From Verrucomicrobiota bacterium (GTDB lineage: Bacteria; Verrucomicrobiota; Verrucomicrobiia; Limisphaerales; DSYF01): a DNA stretch of 62,135 bases. The translations under genes and the position numbers were made by a program. Positions 40,642-50,164 of the stretch are shown in pieces. Below the pieces are notes generated by a model. That model saw nothing but the letters and a program-made list of their open reading frames with translations, was not told the origin of the DNA and searched no databases. How positions within the stretch are numbered: the stretch's first letter is position 1; every line of letters begins with the position of its first letter. The stretch spans positions 1 through 62,135 of the forward strand of contig JBEGQI010000116.1 of the NCBI GenBank assembly GCA_041181065.1, given 5' to 3'.

Positions 40642-40692
40642 ATCAACAATTTCGGGCTTCAACTCGGGCGGCGTCCCGTGTTTCATCTGGGC

Positions 40693-41289
40693 ATGACATT
40701 CGCCCAGCAGTTTCTCAACGAAGTCCAGCAGGTCACGGCCAAAATCGACGCCAACGCCATCGAGAAGATGGTGGATGCTCTCGCCGCCGTGCGCGAACGC
40801 GGCGGGCGTTTGTTCATCCTCGGCGTCGGCGGCAGCGCGGGCAACGCGGGCCACGCCGTGAATGATTTCCGCAAGATCTGCGGCTTCGAAGCCTACGCGC
40901 CGACGGACAACGTCTCCGAACTCACCGCGCGCACCAATGACGAAGGCTGGGCGACGATCTTCGCCGAATGGCTCAAGGGCAGTCGCATCAGCGCGAAGGA
41001 CGGCCTGCTCATCTTCTCCGTTGGCGGTGGTAACCTGGAAAAGAATGTCAGCCCGAATCTCGTCAGCGCGATCCAAGTCGCCAAGCAAGTCGGCGCAACC
41101 GTCACCGGCATCGTGGGCCGCGACGGCGGTTACACGGCGAAGGAAGCCAATGCCTGCGTCATCGTGCCCACGGTGAATCCCGACCACGTCACGCCGCACT
41201 CGGAGGCGTTTCAAGCCGTCGTGTGGCACCTGTTCGTCTCGCATCCCAAGCTCAAGGCGAAGGCCACGAAGTGGGAAAGCACGAAGTGA
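40693..41289 (+). CDS. SIS-domain phosphosugar isomerase (GmhA/LmbN-like)
   Basis: GVGGSAGNAGH...D, TARTND, SPNLV.A, HSE.FQ..VWH. Confidence 0.85.
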   Translation: MTFAQQFLNEVQQVTAKIDANAIEKMVDALAAVRERGGRLFILGVGGSAGNAGHAVNDFRKICGFEAYAPTDNVSELTARTNDEGWATIFAEWLKGSRISAKDGLLIFSVGGGNLEKNVSPNLVSAIQVAKQVGATVTGIVGRDGGYTAKEANACVIVPTVNPDHVTPHSEAFQAVVWHLFVSHPKLKAKATKWESTK

Positions 41290-41834
41290 AGCGCGCTGTC
41301 TTTCTTGATCGCGATGGCGTAATCAATCGCGCCCTTGAGCGCGACGGCAAACCGTATCCGCCCACGAGTCTGGCTGAGTTTGAAATCCTTCCCGGCGTGG
41401 CCGAGGCTTGCGCTAAGTTGAAGCACGCCGGGTTTCTTCTCGTCGTCGCCACCAATCAACCTGATGTCGGCCGCGGCACGCTGGCGCAGTCGGTCGTTGA
41501 TTCGATTCACGCGCACATGGCGAAGGTTCTGCCGATCGACCGCGTGGAAGTGTGTTTTCATCCGGGCAAAGGCGCATCGGACTGCGATTGTCGCAAGCCG
41601 AAGCCCGGCATGTTGCTGCGCGCCGCCCGCGAACTGGGCATCGACCTCGCGCAAAGCTGGATGGTCGGTGACCGTTGGCGCGACGTGGATTGCGGGCATG
41701 CTGCCGGTTGCCGGACGGTGTTCATTGATTACAGTTACGATGAAGTGCTGCGGCAGAAGCCAGACTACAAAGTGAAGAATCTGGCCGAGGCGGCGGAAGT
41801 CATCCTTGACGCCACCAAAGCTTCCGGCGTTTGA
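41286..41834 (+). CDS. gmhB: HAD bisphosphate phosphatase (GmhB/LmbK-like)
   Basis: FLDRDGVIN, TNQ, CDCRKPKPGM, MVGDR..D; GTG start overlaps the upstream stop. Confidence 0.88.
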   Translation: MKRAVFLDRDGVINRALERDGKPYPPTSLAEFEILPGVAEACAKLKHAGFLLVVATNQPDVGRGTLAQSVVDSIHAHMAKVLPIDRVEVCFHPGKGASDCDCRKPKPGMLLRAARELGIDLAQSWMVGDRWRDVDCGHAAGCRTVFIDYSYDEVLRQKPDYKVKNLAEAAEVILDATKASGV

Positions 41835-41858
41835 TGACGGCCAACAATTCACCAATTT

Positions 41859-42581
41859 ATGTCCAAATCCCTCAAAGACCTCAAAGTCCACATCTACGCT
41901 GACGGCGCCGACAAGGCGGGCATGCTCAGCCTTTACGCGAACCCGCTCATCAAAGGTTTGACCACCAACCCGTCGCTGATGAAGAAGGCGGGCATCACGG
42001 ATTTCGAGGCGTTCGCCAAGGACATCCTCCAAACGATCAAGGACAAGCCGATCTCGCTCGAAGTCTTCACCGACGACCTCACCGAAATGAAGCGGCAGGC
42101 GTTGAAGATCACCAAGTGGGCACCGAATGTTTACACCAAGATTCCGATCACCAACAATCAGGGCGTTTCCTGTCTGCCCCTCATCAAGGAACTCGCGGCG
42201 TCCGGCGTGAAGCTCAACATCACCGCGTTGCTCACGCTTGAACAAGTCGTGGGCGTCGAAGCCGCGCTCACTAAGGACGTGCCGAGCGTGGTGTCCGTTT
42301 TCGCCGGCCGCATCGCTGACACCGGCGTGGACCCGATGCCGATGATGCGCGCGTGCAGCGCCATTCTCGCAAATCAACCCAAGGCCGAATTGCTCTGGGC
42401 CAGCGTGCGCGAAGTGTTGAACATCTTCCAAGCCGATGAGTGCGGCTGCAAGATCGTCACGGTGCCGCATGACATTCTGGCCAAGGCCATCAAGATGGTG
42501 GGCACGGATTTGACGGCCCTCTCGCTGGACACGGTAAAGATGTTCTCTGCGGATGCGCAGGCGGCGGGTTACAAACTTTGA
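41859..42581 (+). CDS. Transaldolase family protein (LmbR-like by context)
   Basis: YADGAD, TTNPSL, YTKIP, SVFAGR..D, LWASVR. Confidence 0.88.
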   Translation: MSKSLKDLKVHIYADGADKAGMLSLYANPLIKGLTTNPSLMKKAGITDFEAFAKDILQTIKDKPISLEVFTDDLTEMKRQALKITKWAPNVYTKIPITNNQGVSCLPLIKELAASGVKLNITALLTLEQVVGVEAALTKDVPSVVSVFAGRIADTGVDPMPMMRACSAILANQPKAELLWASVREVLNIFQADECGCKIVTVPHDILAKAIKMVGTDLTALSLDTVKMFSADAQAAGYKL

Positions 42582-42600
42582 AGTTTCCGGAACGGATCAC

Positions 42601-42630
42601 AAACGCGCGGGGTGCAAACTCCGCGCGTTT
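42601..42630. terminator. Bidirectional terminator between convergent operons
   Basis: AAACGCGCGGGG-TGCAAA-CTCCGCGCGTTT hairpin. Confidence 0.75.
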
Positions 42631-43721
42631 TACTTTTGGTCGAGCACTTCAAGGACGGCGGTGAGCACATCGTCCACTTTCACCGCTTCCATGATCCGGC
42701 GCAGTTCCTCTTCGGTGCCACGGATGCCTTTGCCGTCGTAGCGGTAGTAATCCAGGTTGCGACCGTGCACCGCCGGGTTCTTCACCAACCGGTATGGGCG
42801 GCCGTAGGGTTCCAGCGTCGGGCCGAACGCCATGGATTCGATCAACACCTGCTTGGGAACCTTCATCGCGGCGGCAAAGTGCATCATGGCGTTGTCTACG
42901 CTCAGGAAGACTTCGCAGTGCTTCATCAACGCAGCAGCTTCGCGGATGCTGCGCGTCTTGGGCGCGATGAGATTCGGATGCGCGGCTTCGGCGAGGATGC
43001 GGGCGTTCTCCTCTTTTTCTTCGGGTCCGCCGAACAGAACGACAGTCACACCAGGTCGCGCAGATGTGAGCTTCTTGATGACGCCGATGAAATTCTCCAC
43101 GGGCCAGCGCTTCATGCGCAGGTTCTTCGTCTTGCCCGAGCCAACGTGAATGCCGACCACGCGTCGTCCGGCGAGCTTGTTCTCGTCCGCGATGCGTTGG
43201 GCAGTCTCGATTTCTTCCGTCGTCAGGAACAATTCATACGCACGCTCCTTGGGCGTCACATTTTTCCCGAGCAACGAGAGCAACTGCAGATTGTTGTCCG
43301 CCGAATGGATATCGTAATCCTGCGGCAAGCTGCGCGTGATGAGGAGTTCGTCGAGGAAGTTTGAGTTGTCGTAGGTGTGGCTGAGCCGTTGCTTTGCGCC
43401 GATGATGCGGGCGACCACGCGGTATTCGATCTTGCTCTGCGGATGCGTATTGATCGAAACGTCGTAACGCTCCTTGCGCAGGCCGAACATGAACTTCAAG
43501 AACGCCGGCGCGCCGACTTCGAAGGAATTGCACTGGTGCACGCGGCGCAAATGCGGGTTGCCTGCCAGTAAATCACGCGAGGCGGCCCAGAACACCAGCG
43601 CGTCGATCTCGGCGCCGGGATAGCACGCGCGCAATTCACGGAGCAGCGGCGTGGCGATGAGCGCGTCGCCGATGCCCGCGAGCGCGATGACGAGGATTTT
43701 TTTGGGTTCCGACTTCGACAC
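42630..43721 (-). CDS. GT9 (heptosyltransferase-like) glycosyltransferase
   Basis: IGDALIATP, KRWP.E.F, SVDNAMMHFAAA. Confidence 0.88.
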   Translation of the reverse strand: MSKSEPKKILVIALAGIGDALIATPLLRELRACYPGAEIDALVFWAASRDLLAGNPHLRRVHQCNSFEVGAPAFLKFMFGLRKERYDVSINTHPQSKIEYRVVARIIGAKQRLSHTYDNSNFLDELLITRSLPQDYDIHSADNNLQLLSLLGKNVTPKERAYELFLTTEEIETAQRIADENKLAGRRVVGIHVGSGKTKNLRMKRWPVENFIGVIKKLTSARPGVTVVLFGGPEEKEENARILAEAAHPNLIAPKTRSIREAAALMKHCEVFLSVDNAMMHFAAAMKVPKQVLIESMAFGPTLEPYGRPYRLVKNPAVHGRNLDYYRYDGKGIRGTEEELRRIMEAVKVDDVLTAVLEVLDQK

Positions 43722-43729
43722 AGTTGACG

Positions 43730-44215
43730 TCAGAGCTTGGCGATCTTCGCCAGGATCGAGGTGGTCGAGCGTCCGGGCACGACCGGCAGGATGACAATCT
43801 TGCCGCCCACCGACTCCACGAGGCGACGCTCATCCTGATTGAGCGTGTCAATCGTGTAATCGCCGCCCTTCACATAGATGTCGGGCTGGGCGCGCTCCAA
43901 GAAGCGCAGCGCGGTCTTCTCGGCGTAGATGCAAACAGCCGAAACACTTTCCACCGAGGCCAGCACCAGCGCGCGGTCGGTTTCCTGATTCACCGGGCGG
44001 CTGTCGCCCTTGAGTTCACGCACGCTGGCATCGCTGTTCACGCCGACGAGCAGCGCATCGCCTTCGCGACGCGCGCATTCGAGATACGTCACGTGGCCGA
44101 GGTGCAGCAGGTCAAAGCAGCCGTTCGTGACGACGAGCCGCCGGCCGGTCTTGCGAAAGCTCTCCCGCCACTGCGGCAGATTTTCCCAAGTGATGAGTTT
44201 CTCCCGGAAGTTCAC
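43730..44215 (-). CDS. rfaE2: Heptose 1-phosphate adenylyltransferase (standalone HldE domain II)
   Basis: TNGCFDLLHLGH, VGVNSDASV..LKG..RP, VKGGDY, STT. Confidence 0.9.
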   Translation of the reverse strand: MNFREKLITWENLPQWRESFRKTGRRLVVTNGCFDLLHLGHVTYLECARREGDALLVGVNSDASVRELKGDSRPVNQETDRALVLASVESVSAVCIYAEKTALRFLERAQPDIYVKGGDYTIDTLNQDERRLVESVGGKIVILPVVPGRSTTSILAKIAKL

Positions 44216-44221
44216 GGCGTG

Positions 44222-44249
44222 ATTTTGCGCGAGGGCACCGCGTTGGCAA
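44222..44249 (-). promoter_or_regulatory. Sigma70-like promoter, probably leaderless rfaE2 transcript
   Basis: TTGCCA-N16-CAAAAT, 6 nt before the GTG. Confidence 0.45.
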
Positions 44250-44334
44250 CACCCATTTAACCGGCGGTTCGCATTCCGCCTTGCGCGCCGGGCGAATTTG
44301 CGGACATCCTCACCCGAACCTAACGAATACGATT

Positions 44335-45105
44335 ATGGGATCACTCACTGGCAAACTCGGCATTGTTTTCGGCGTCGCCAACAAACGCTCCATCGCTTGG
44401 GCCATCGCGCAGGCGTGGGCCAAGGAAGGCGCGAAGCTCGCGTTCACCTATCAGGGCGAACGCCTCAAGGATAACGTGGAAGAACTCGCCGGCACGTTCG
44501 GCGCCGACACGCTCATCATGCCGTGCGACGTCACGAAGGATGAGGACATCGCCCGTGTGTTCGCCGAGGTTGGGCAAAAGTTTGGCAAGCTGCATCTGAT
44601 GCTGCACTCCGTGGCGTTCGCACCCAAGGCGGCGCTCGAAGGCGAGTTCGTGAACACCGACCGCGAAGCCTTTCGCGTGGCGCACGATGTCAGCGCGTAT
44701 TCGTTGATCGCACTGTCGCGCGCCGCCGCACCGCTGATGACCGAAGGCGGCAGCATCGTGGCGATGAGCTACTACGGCGCGGAGAAAGTTGTGCCGCATT
44801 ACAACGTCATGGGCGTCGCGAAAGCCGCGCTCGAATGCAGCACGCGTTATCTCGCCTACGATTTGGGTCCGAAAAAGATCCGCGTGAACTGCATCAGCGC
44901 GGGTCCGGTCAACACGCTGGCTGCGCGTGGCATCGCCGGTTTCACCGAGATGCTCAAGGTTTATGAACAGAAGTCGCCGCTTAAGCGCAATCTCGTGCCC
45001 GAAGAACTCGGCGCCACTGGGGCGTTCCTCGCCAGCGATGGCGCGGCATGCATCACGGGCCAAGTGATCTACGTGGACGGCGGTTACTCCATCATGGGCA
45101 TGTGA
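44335..45105 (+). CDS. fabI: Enoyl-ACP reductase
   Basis: GVANKRSIAWAIA, SAYSL, YNVMGVAKAALE, ISAGPVNTLAA. Confidence 0.96.
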   Translation: MGSLTGKLGIVFGVANKRSIAWAIAQAWAKEGAKLAFTYQGERLKDNVEELAGTFGADTLIMPCDVTKDEDIARVFAEVGQKFGKLHLMLHSVAFAPKAALEGEFVNTDREAFRVAHDVSAYSLIALSRAAAPLMTEGGSIVAMSYYGAEKVVPHYNVMGVAKAALECSTRYLAYDLGPKKIRVNCISAGPVNTLAARGIAGFTEMLKVYEQKSPLKRNLVPEELGATGAFLASDGAACITGQVIYVDGGYSIMGM

Positions 45106-46364
45106 GCGCCAAGCCGCGCCAACCGGCCGGATTAGACTTCGGCCATCCGCCCGAAACTCTCCGCTTCTGGAAGCGCCTCGTTCGCGAGGCGCTTCGCATT
45201 TCCGGCAGCACACCGCTCTACGTCTTCTCAGCCAAACCTGTGGCTCAGCGCATTGCTGAACTGGATTCGGCGTTCGCAGATTCGAAATTGCCAATCCGCC
45301 ATTGGCTTTCGTGCAAGACGCAGCCCATCCCGGTGCTGTTGCGCTGGTGGCGCGAGCGCGGCGGCGACATCGAAGTGGTCAGCGAATTCGAACTGCGCGC
45401 CGCTTTGACTGAGGGTTACACGCCGGACCGAATCCTCGTCAACGGACCTGCCAAGCATCATTGGCTGCCCAAGCTTCCGTTGCGCGGACTGTCCGTGAAT
45501 TTTGATTCCGCGAATGAACTCAACGCACTCCTGCCACTAGCGAAGACGCTAGGCTGGCGAGTTGGTCTCCGCATTTGCACAAGTCAGGAATTTGATCCGG
45601 AGAACCCGAAGCTTCCGACGCAGTTTGCTTTCACGCCGGAGGAAGCAAAAGCTGCCCTGCTAAAAATAAAACGGGCCGGTGTTGCGGTGGAGATCGTCCA
45701 CTTTCACCTGCGCACCAACGTCGCGTCACCGGCCATCTACGAACGCGCGATCCAAGAAGTCGCCGATGTCTGCCAAGCTGCGGGCGTCAGTCCCAAGTTT
45801 CTTGATGTGGGCGGTGGTTTGCCGCCGCGACACACCCGCTCGCGTTCTGGAGACGGGTTCGACGCAGGTTGGCGTGACTTGCGAGAATTTGCCGCGATGC
45901 TGAGCCGCTCCACCAAACTCTTCCCCGGTCTGCAAGAAATCTGGCTGGAGAACGGGCGCTTCGTCAGCGCGGGCAGCGGTGTGTTGGTCACGAAGGTTCT
46001 CGATGTGAAGGAGCGCCGCGGACTCCGCCAACTCATCTGCGATGGCGGTCGCACGATGAATGCGCTCGTCTCGAACTGGGAGCAGCACGAACTGCTCACG
46101 TTGCCCGAACACAAGGGCCCACGCACACTGACAGCGGTGTGCGGACCAACGTGCATGGCATTTGATCAACTGGCCTTGCGTCCGTTGCCGCGCGCGATCC
46201 GCCCGGGCGACCAGCTGATCTGGATGGAAGCGGGCGCGTATCACATCCCTTGGGAGACGCGCTTTTCGCACGGGCACGCTGCGGTTGCGTGGCACGACGA
46301 GCGCGGCTTACGCATCGCCCGCGAACGTCAGGACTTCGAAGATTGGTGGGGCTCCTGGGCTTAA
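45102..46364 (+). CDS. PLP-dependent fold-type III decarboxylase (divergent LysA/ODC family)
   Basis: TPLYVF, SCKTQ (PLP Lys), VVSEFE, NGPAK, HFHL, LDVGGG, ENGR, GPTC..FD, GAY. Confidence 0.8.
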   Translation: MSAKPRQPAGLDFGHPPETLRFWKRLVREALRISGSTPLYVFSAKPVAQRIAELDSAFADSKLPIRHWLSCKTQPIPVLLRWWRERGGDIEVVSEFELRAALTEGYTPDRILVNGPAKHHWLPKLPLRGLSVNFDSANELNALLPLAKTLGWRVGLRICTSQEFDPENPKLPTQFAFTPEEAKAALLKIKRAGVAVEIVHFHLRTNVASPAIYERAIQEVADVCQAAGVSPKFLDVGGGLPPRHTRSRSGDGFDAGWRDLREFAAMLSRSTKLFPGLQEIWLENGRFVSAGSGVLVTKVLDVKERRGLRQLICDGGRTMNALVSNWEQHELLTLPEHKGPRTLTAVCGPTCMAFDQLALRPLPRAIRPGDQLIWMEAGAYHIPWETRFSHGHAAVAWHDERGLRIARERQDFEDWWGSWA

Positions 46365-47578
46365 GGCTCGGCTGAATTTGATTCCACTGTAGGTGGCGGA
46401 ATCAACGCCTTCGCGGCATCCAAGAATGGTGCCGCCGCATTCAAATCATCGTGGATGCGATGCACCCACGCTTCGCCCCAGAATAGATTACAACTCGTCT
46501 GCGCACGCAGCATGCGCCAACGGGCTTGTTCGAGTTCACGGTGGAAGGCGGCTTTGCCGAACTTCGCGTCTTTTGCCTTGGCTTCGGTGGCGTGCAGGTC
46601 GGCACTGAAGGCGTGAAGGCGTTGGAGTGCGTCCTTTTGCGACTGCGAGCCGGTCCATTGCAGGAAATCCACGCCGTGATGCCAGCCGGTGTTCCACGCC
46701 CCGGCGCGGACGGTCACTTCGCCGTGCGCGCCGTGTTCGTTGAGGTAATCGTGGATGAAGGTGGGCGTCACGCCGGTCTCGCCGCGCAGATTGCGGTCGA
46801 GCAATTCGCGGTAGCAGACATACCAGAAATTTCCCTTCTCGCTTGTGTTGCGGAACCAACCGCCGTTGTCGCCGTCGGTGGCGGTGAGCACGAGCGGCGG
46901 GAAATTGCAGTGCTTCGTGCGTTCGTGCAGTTCGTGGATGAACCAGCCGGCGTCCATGCCGGAAAGTTGCGCGTCGGACAATTCGCGGTCGCGCACGACG
47001 ACGATGATCTCCTCGCCGCCGTAACGCGCGATGTGCGGTCGGTAGCGGAGTTCCTCCCAACGCATTTCGCCGACGGGCTCGACGTGGTGGCTGTCCACCA
47101 TGACGTAGCGGTAGCCCATGCGCTTGAGCAGCGGGATGAGTTCCATGCAGAAGCCCATCTCGGACGGCCAGAACCCGTGGAAATCTTTCCGCCAAAAAAC
47201 GTGCTCCGCGATGCCGCGCCAGCGTTTGAGATGTTCGTCGCGGTCCGCGGCGGGAATCAGCGCGAGCACGGGATGATAAAAACCGGTGCCGAGGACATCG
47301 AAGAGCTTCTTGTTCTGGAGGTGCCAGAGGAGTTCGCCGCATTTGACGATGCCGAAGACGCGTTCCTGGAACGCCGGATCAATCAACGTCTCCAGCAGCG
47401 TGCCGGACATGGCGAGGTGGACGCGCGCGACGTCTTCGTAGCCCCACAACGCGCGCGGCATGCGGTCGAGCGCCCAGAGGATTTCCTTGGCCTCCCACTC
47501 GTTGTTATCGAGGAGCCACTGCAAATTGCCGGGCGGCTGGTGCAGGTTCAGCGTGAGGGCGTGGTAGATTTTGCGCAT
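46361..47578 (-). CDS. GH57 family alpha-glucan-active enzyme
   Basis: N-terminal LHQP, nucleophile region GFWPSEM, acid/base region TDGDN. Confidence 0.85.
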   Translation of the reverse strand: MRKIYHALTLNLHQPPGNLQWLLDNNEWEAKEILWALDRMPRALWGYEDVARVHLAMSGTLLETLIDPAFQERVFGIVKCGELLWHLQNKKLFDVLGTGFYHPVLALIPAADRDEHLKRWRGIAEHVFWRKDFHGFWPSEMGFCMELIPLLKRMGYRYVMVDSHHVEPVGEMRWEELRYRPHIARYGGEEIIVVVRDRELSDAQLSGMDAGWFIHELHERTKHCNFPPLVLTATDGDNGGWFRNTSEKGNFWYVCYRELLDRNLRGETGVTPTFIHDYLNEHGAHGEVTVRAGAWNTGWHHGVDFLQWTGSQSQKDALQRLHAFSADLHATEAKAKDAKFGKAAFHRELEQARWRMLRAQTSCNLFWGEAWVHRIHDDLNAAAPFLDAAKALIPPPTVESNSAEP

Positions 47579-47600
47579 GGGTTAAATATGAAAAGAACTA

Positions 47601-47841
47601 TTAACCACGGATGGACACAGATGAACACGGATGCGAAGCCCAACGGGCTTCAACATGAATAGCCGTGGGTGCCAACCCACGGAACCAGCACCACGAAAAT
47701 GTCCCCGGCCCTGAAGGGGCTAAACAATGTTCAATCTGTTGCCACAACCAAAGGGGCGACCCCTTCAGGGTCAAATGAATGATTGGCGCGCGTGCCCGTG
47801 GGTTGCACCCACGGCTATTCATATTTGTCCCCTTCGGGGAC
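47601..47841. repeat. Composite repeat: periodic half-element plus nested palindromic REP/MITE-like element
   Basis: TTAACCACGGATGGACACAGATGAACACGGAT, then IR 47655-47682 / 47796-47822, inner IR 47707-47719 / 47760-47772 and terminal hairpins. Confidence 0.8.
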
Positions 47842-47913
47842 GAAGTGCTTGGCTCAAGCCGAGCAGGAAAACGAGATGAGGTTTTTGATGTTCCGCTCAT
47901 CACACCCACCTCG

Positions 47914-50157
47914 TCATTTTTTTGCCGCTTCAACCTTCTCCACCGGCGCGGGCTTGAACAGGAAGAACATCGCGGTCATGCCGGGCAACGTCAGATCCAC
48001 CGCGTGCGCACGACCATCCCATTTGACGGCCTGCGTCTTCACCGGTTCCAGATGGCCTTCGCCCCCGCCACCGTAACGTTTTGAATTCGTGTTCAGCACC
48101 TCGACCCACAGCCCGTCGCGCGGCACGCCGACGCGGTAATGCGGGCGCGGCACGGGCGTCATGTTCGCCACGACGAGCAGGATTTCCTCGGGCTTGGTGC
48201 CGTGGCGCACGAAGCTGATGACGCTGTTGTTGCCGTCGTTGTTGTTGATCCACTGAAACGCCTGATGGTCGTAGTCGGACGCGGGCAGGAAGGCGTGTTC
48301 GGTGTAGAAACGGTTCAAGTCCGCGACGAGCAGGCGGGTGCCTTCGTGGTCCATGTATTGCAACAGGTGCCAGTCGAGACTGCGGTCATAGGCCCATTCG
48401 TTGGACTGGCCGAATTCGCTGCCCATGAAGAGCGTTTTCTTGCCGGGCCACGCCCACATCCACGCGTAGAGCACGCGGAGCTGCTTCGCTTTGTCGGGGA
48501 TGTGGTCGGCGGCCATCTTGAGCAGCATGGATTTCTTTCCGTGCACCACCTCGTCGTGCGAGAAGGTCATCATGAACTTCTCGGTGTTCTGATATATCAT
48601 CCCGAACGTGAGCTGGTTGTGGTGGTATTTCCGGTGGATGGGGTCCTTCTTGAAATACTCCAGCGTGTCGTGCATCCAGCCCATGTTCCATTTGAGGTCG
48701 AAGCCGAGACCGTTCTCCTTCGCGGGCTTCGAGACGCCGCCCCACGCGGTGGATTCCTCGGCGATCATCAACGCGCCGGGGAAATATTGGTGCACGGTCG
48801 TGTTCGCGTAGCGGAGAAAGTCGATCGCGTCGAGGTTCTCGCGGCCGCCATATTTGTTGGGGATCCACTGGCCGGCCTTGCGTGAGTAATCGAGATACAG
48901 CATCGACGCCACGGCATCCACGCGCAGGCCGTCGATGTGATAACGGTCCAGCCAGGTCATCGCGCTGCCGAGCAGGAAGCAGCGCACTTCGGGGCGGCTG
49001 TAATTGAAGATGAGCGTGCCCCAGTCCTGATGCTCGCCCTGGCGCGGGTCTTGGTGTTCGTAAAGGTGTGTGCCGTCGAAGTGCGCGAGCGCGAAGAAGT
49101 CCTTCGGAAAATGCGCGGGCACCCAGTCGAGAATCACGCCGATGCCGTGCTGGTGGAGCGTGTCCACGAGGAACATGAAATCCTGCGGCGTGCCGTAACG
49201 ATGCGTGGGCGCGTAAAAACCGGTGACCTGATAACCCCACGAGCCGTCGAAGGGAAATTCCGAGAGCGGCATGAACTCGACGTGCGTGAAGCCCATCTCC
49301 TTGACGTAGGCAACGAGTTCCTTGGCAAGTTCGCGGTAAGTGAGCGGGCGGTTGCCGTCATCGGCGCTGCGCCGCCACGAGCCGAGATGCACTTCATACA
49401 CGAGCATCGGCTCTTTCAGCCAATCGGTCTTGGCACGCTTCTCCATCCAGGCCTTGTCGTTCCACTGGTAGTTGTCCACGTCCCAGATGACGGAGGCGTT
49501 GTTCGGCGGGCTTTCGAAATAGGAGCCGTAAGGATCGGTCTTGAGGCGCATCGCGCCTTTGCGCGGGACGATCTCGTATTTGTAGAGCTTTCCCGCATCA
49601 AGGCCGGGGATGAAAATTTCCCACACGCCGGAGTTGCCGAGCGAACGCATCGGCAGATAACGCCCGTCCCAATTGCAGAACTCGCCCACGACGGAAACGC
49701 GCAGCGCGTTCGGCGCCCAGACGGCGAACGACACGCCTTTCACGCCGTCGATGGTGCGGAGATGCGCGCCGAGTTTCTGATACACGCGATGCTCTGTGCC
49801 TTCGTTGAAGAGGTAGAGGTCCTGCTGGCTGAGCGTCGGAAGGAAGCTGTAAGGATCGAAGAATTGCCGGATGTCGCCGCTGCCTTTCTCGACGCGCAGG
49901 CGATAGCGGAAGACCTCAGCTTGATCCGGGATGAACACTTCGAAGAGCCCGAGCGCATCGATTTTCTCCATCGCGTAGCGTTGCTCCGGCGTGCTGCGGT
50001 CGTCCACGACTTCGCACGACTTGGCGTCCTGCACGAGCGCGCGCACGACGAGGCCGCGCTGGCCGTTGTGCGTGATCGGGTGCATGCCGAGCAGCGCATG
50101 CGGTTGCCCGTGCTGGCCCTTCACCAACTCATCCACTTCTTTTCGTGTCGCGATCAT
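47914..50157 (-). CDS. glgB: 1,4-alpha-glucan branching enzyme (GH13_9)
   Basis: FAVWAPNA, YEVHLGSW, SWGYQ, DWVPAHF, GLRVDAVASMLY, IAEEST, SHDEVVHGK. Confidence 0.97.
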   Translation of the reverse strand: MIATRKEVDELVKGQHGQPHALLGMHPITHNGQRGLVVRALVQDAKSCEVVDDRSTPEQRYAMEKIDALGLFEVFIPDQAEVFRYRLRVEKGSGDIRQFFDPYSFLPTLSQQDLYLFNEGTEHRVYQKLGAHLRTIDGVKGVSFAVWAPNALRVSVVGEFCNWDGRYLPMRSLGNSGVWEIFIPGLDAGKLYKYEIVPRKGAMRLKTDPYGSYFESPPNNASVIWDVDNYQWNDKAWMEKRAKTDWLKEPMLVYEVHLGSWRRSADDGNRPLTYRELAKELVAYVKEMGFTHVEFMPLSEFPFDGSWGYQVTGFYAPTHRYGTPQDFMFLVDTLHQHGIGVILDWVPAHFPKDFFALAHFDGTHLYEHQDPRQGEHQDWGTLIFNYSRPEVRCFLLGSAMTWLDRYHIDGLRVDAVASMLYLDYSRKAGQWIPNKYGGRENLDAIDFLRYANTTVHQYFPGALMIAEESTAWGGVSKPAKENGLGFDLKWNMGWMHDTLEYFKKDPIHRKYHHNQLTFGMIYQNTEKFMMTFSHDEVVHGKKSMLLKMAADHIPDKAKQLRVLYAWMWAWPGKKTLFMGSEFGQSNEWAYDRSLDWHLLQYMDHEGTRLLVADLNRFYTEHAFLPASDYDHQAFQWINNNDGNNSVISFVRHGTKPEEILLVVANMTPVPRPHYRVGVPRDGLWVEVLNTNSKRYGGGGEGHLEPVKTQAVKWDGRAHAVDLTLPGMTAMFFLFKPAPVEKVEAAKK

Positions 50158-50164
50158 GTGTGTC

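Noticed and set aside
34169-42581. Lincosamide antibiotic gene cluster
   Set aside because: No aminotransferase, amino-acid branch, condensation or resistance genes in the window; the context is surface-glycan genes.
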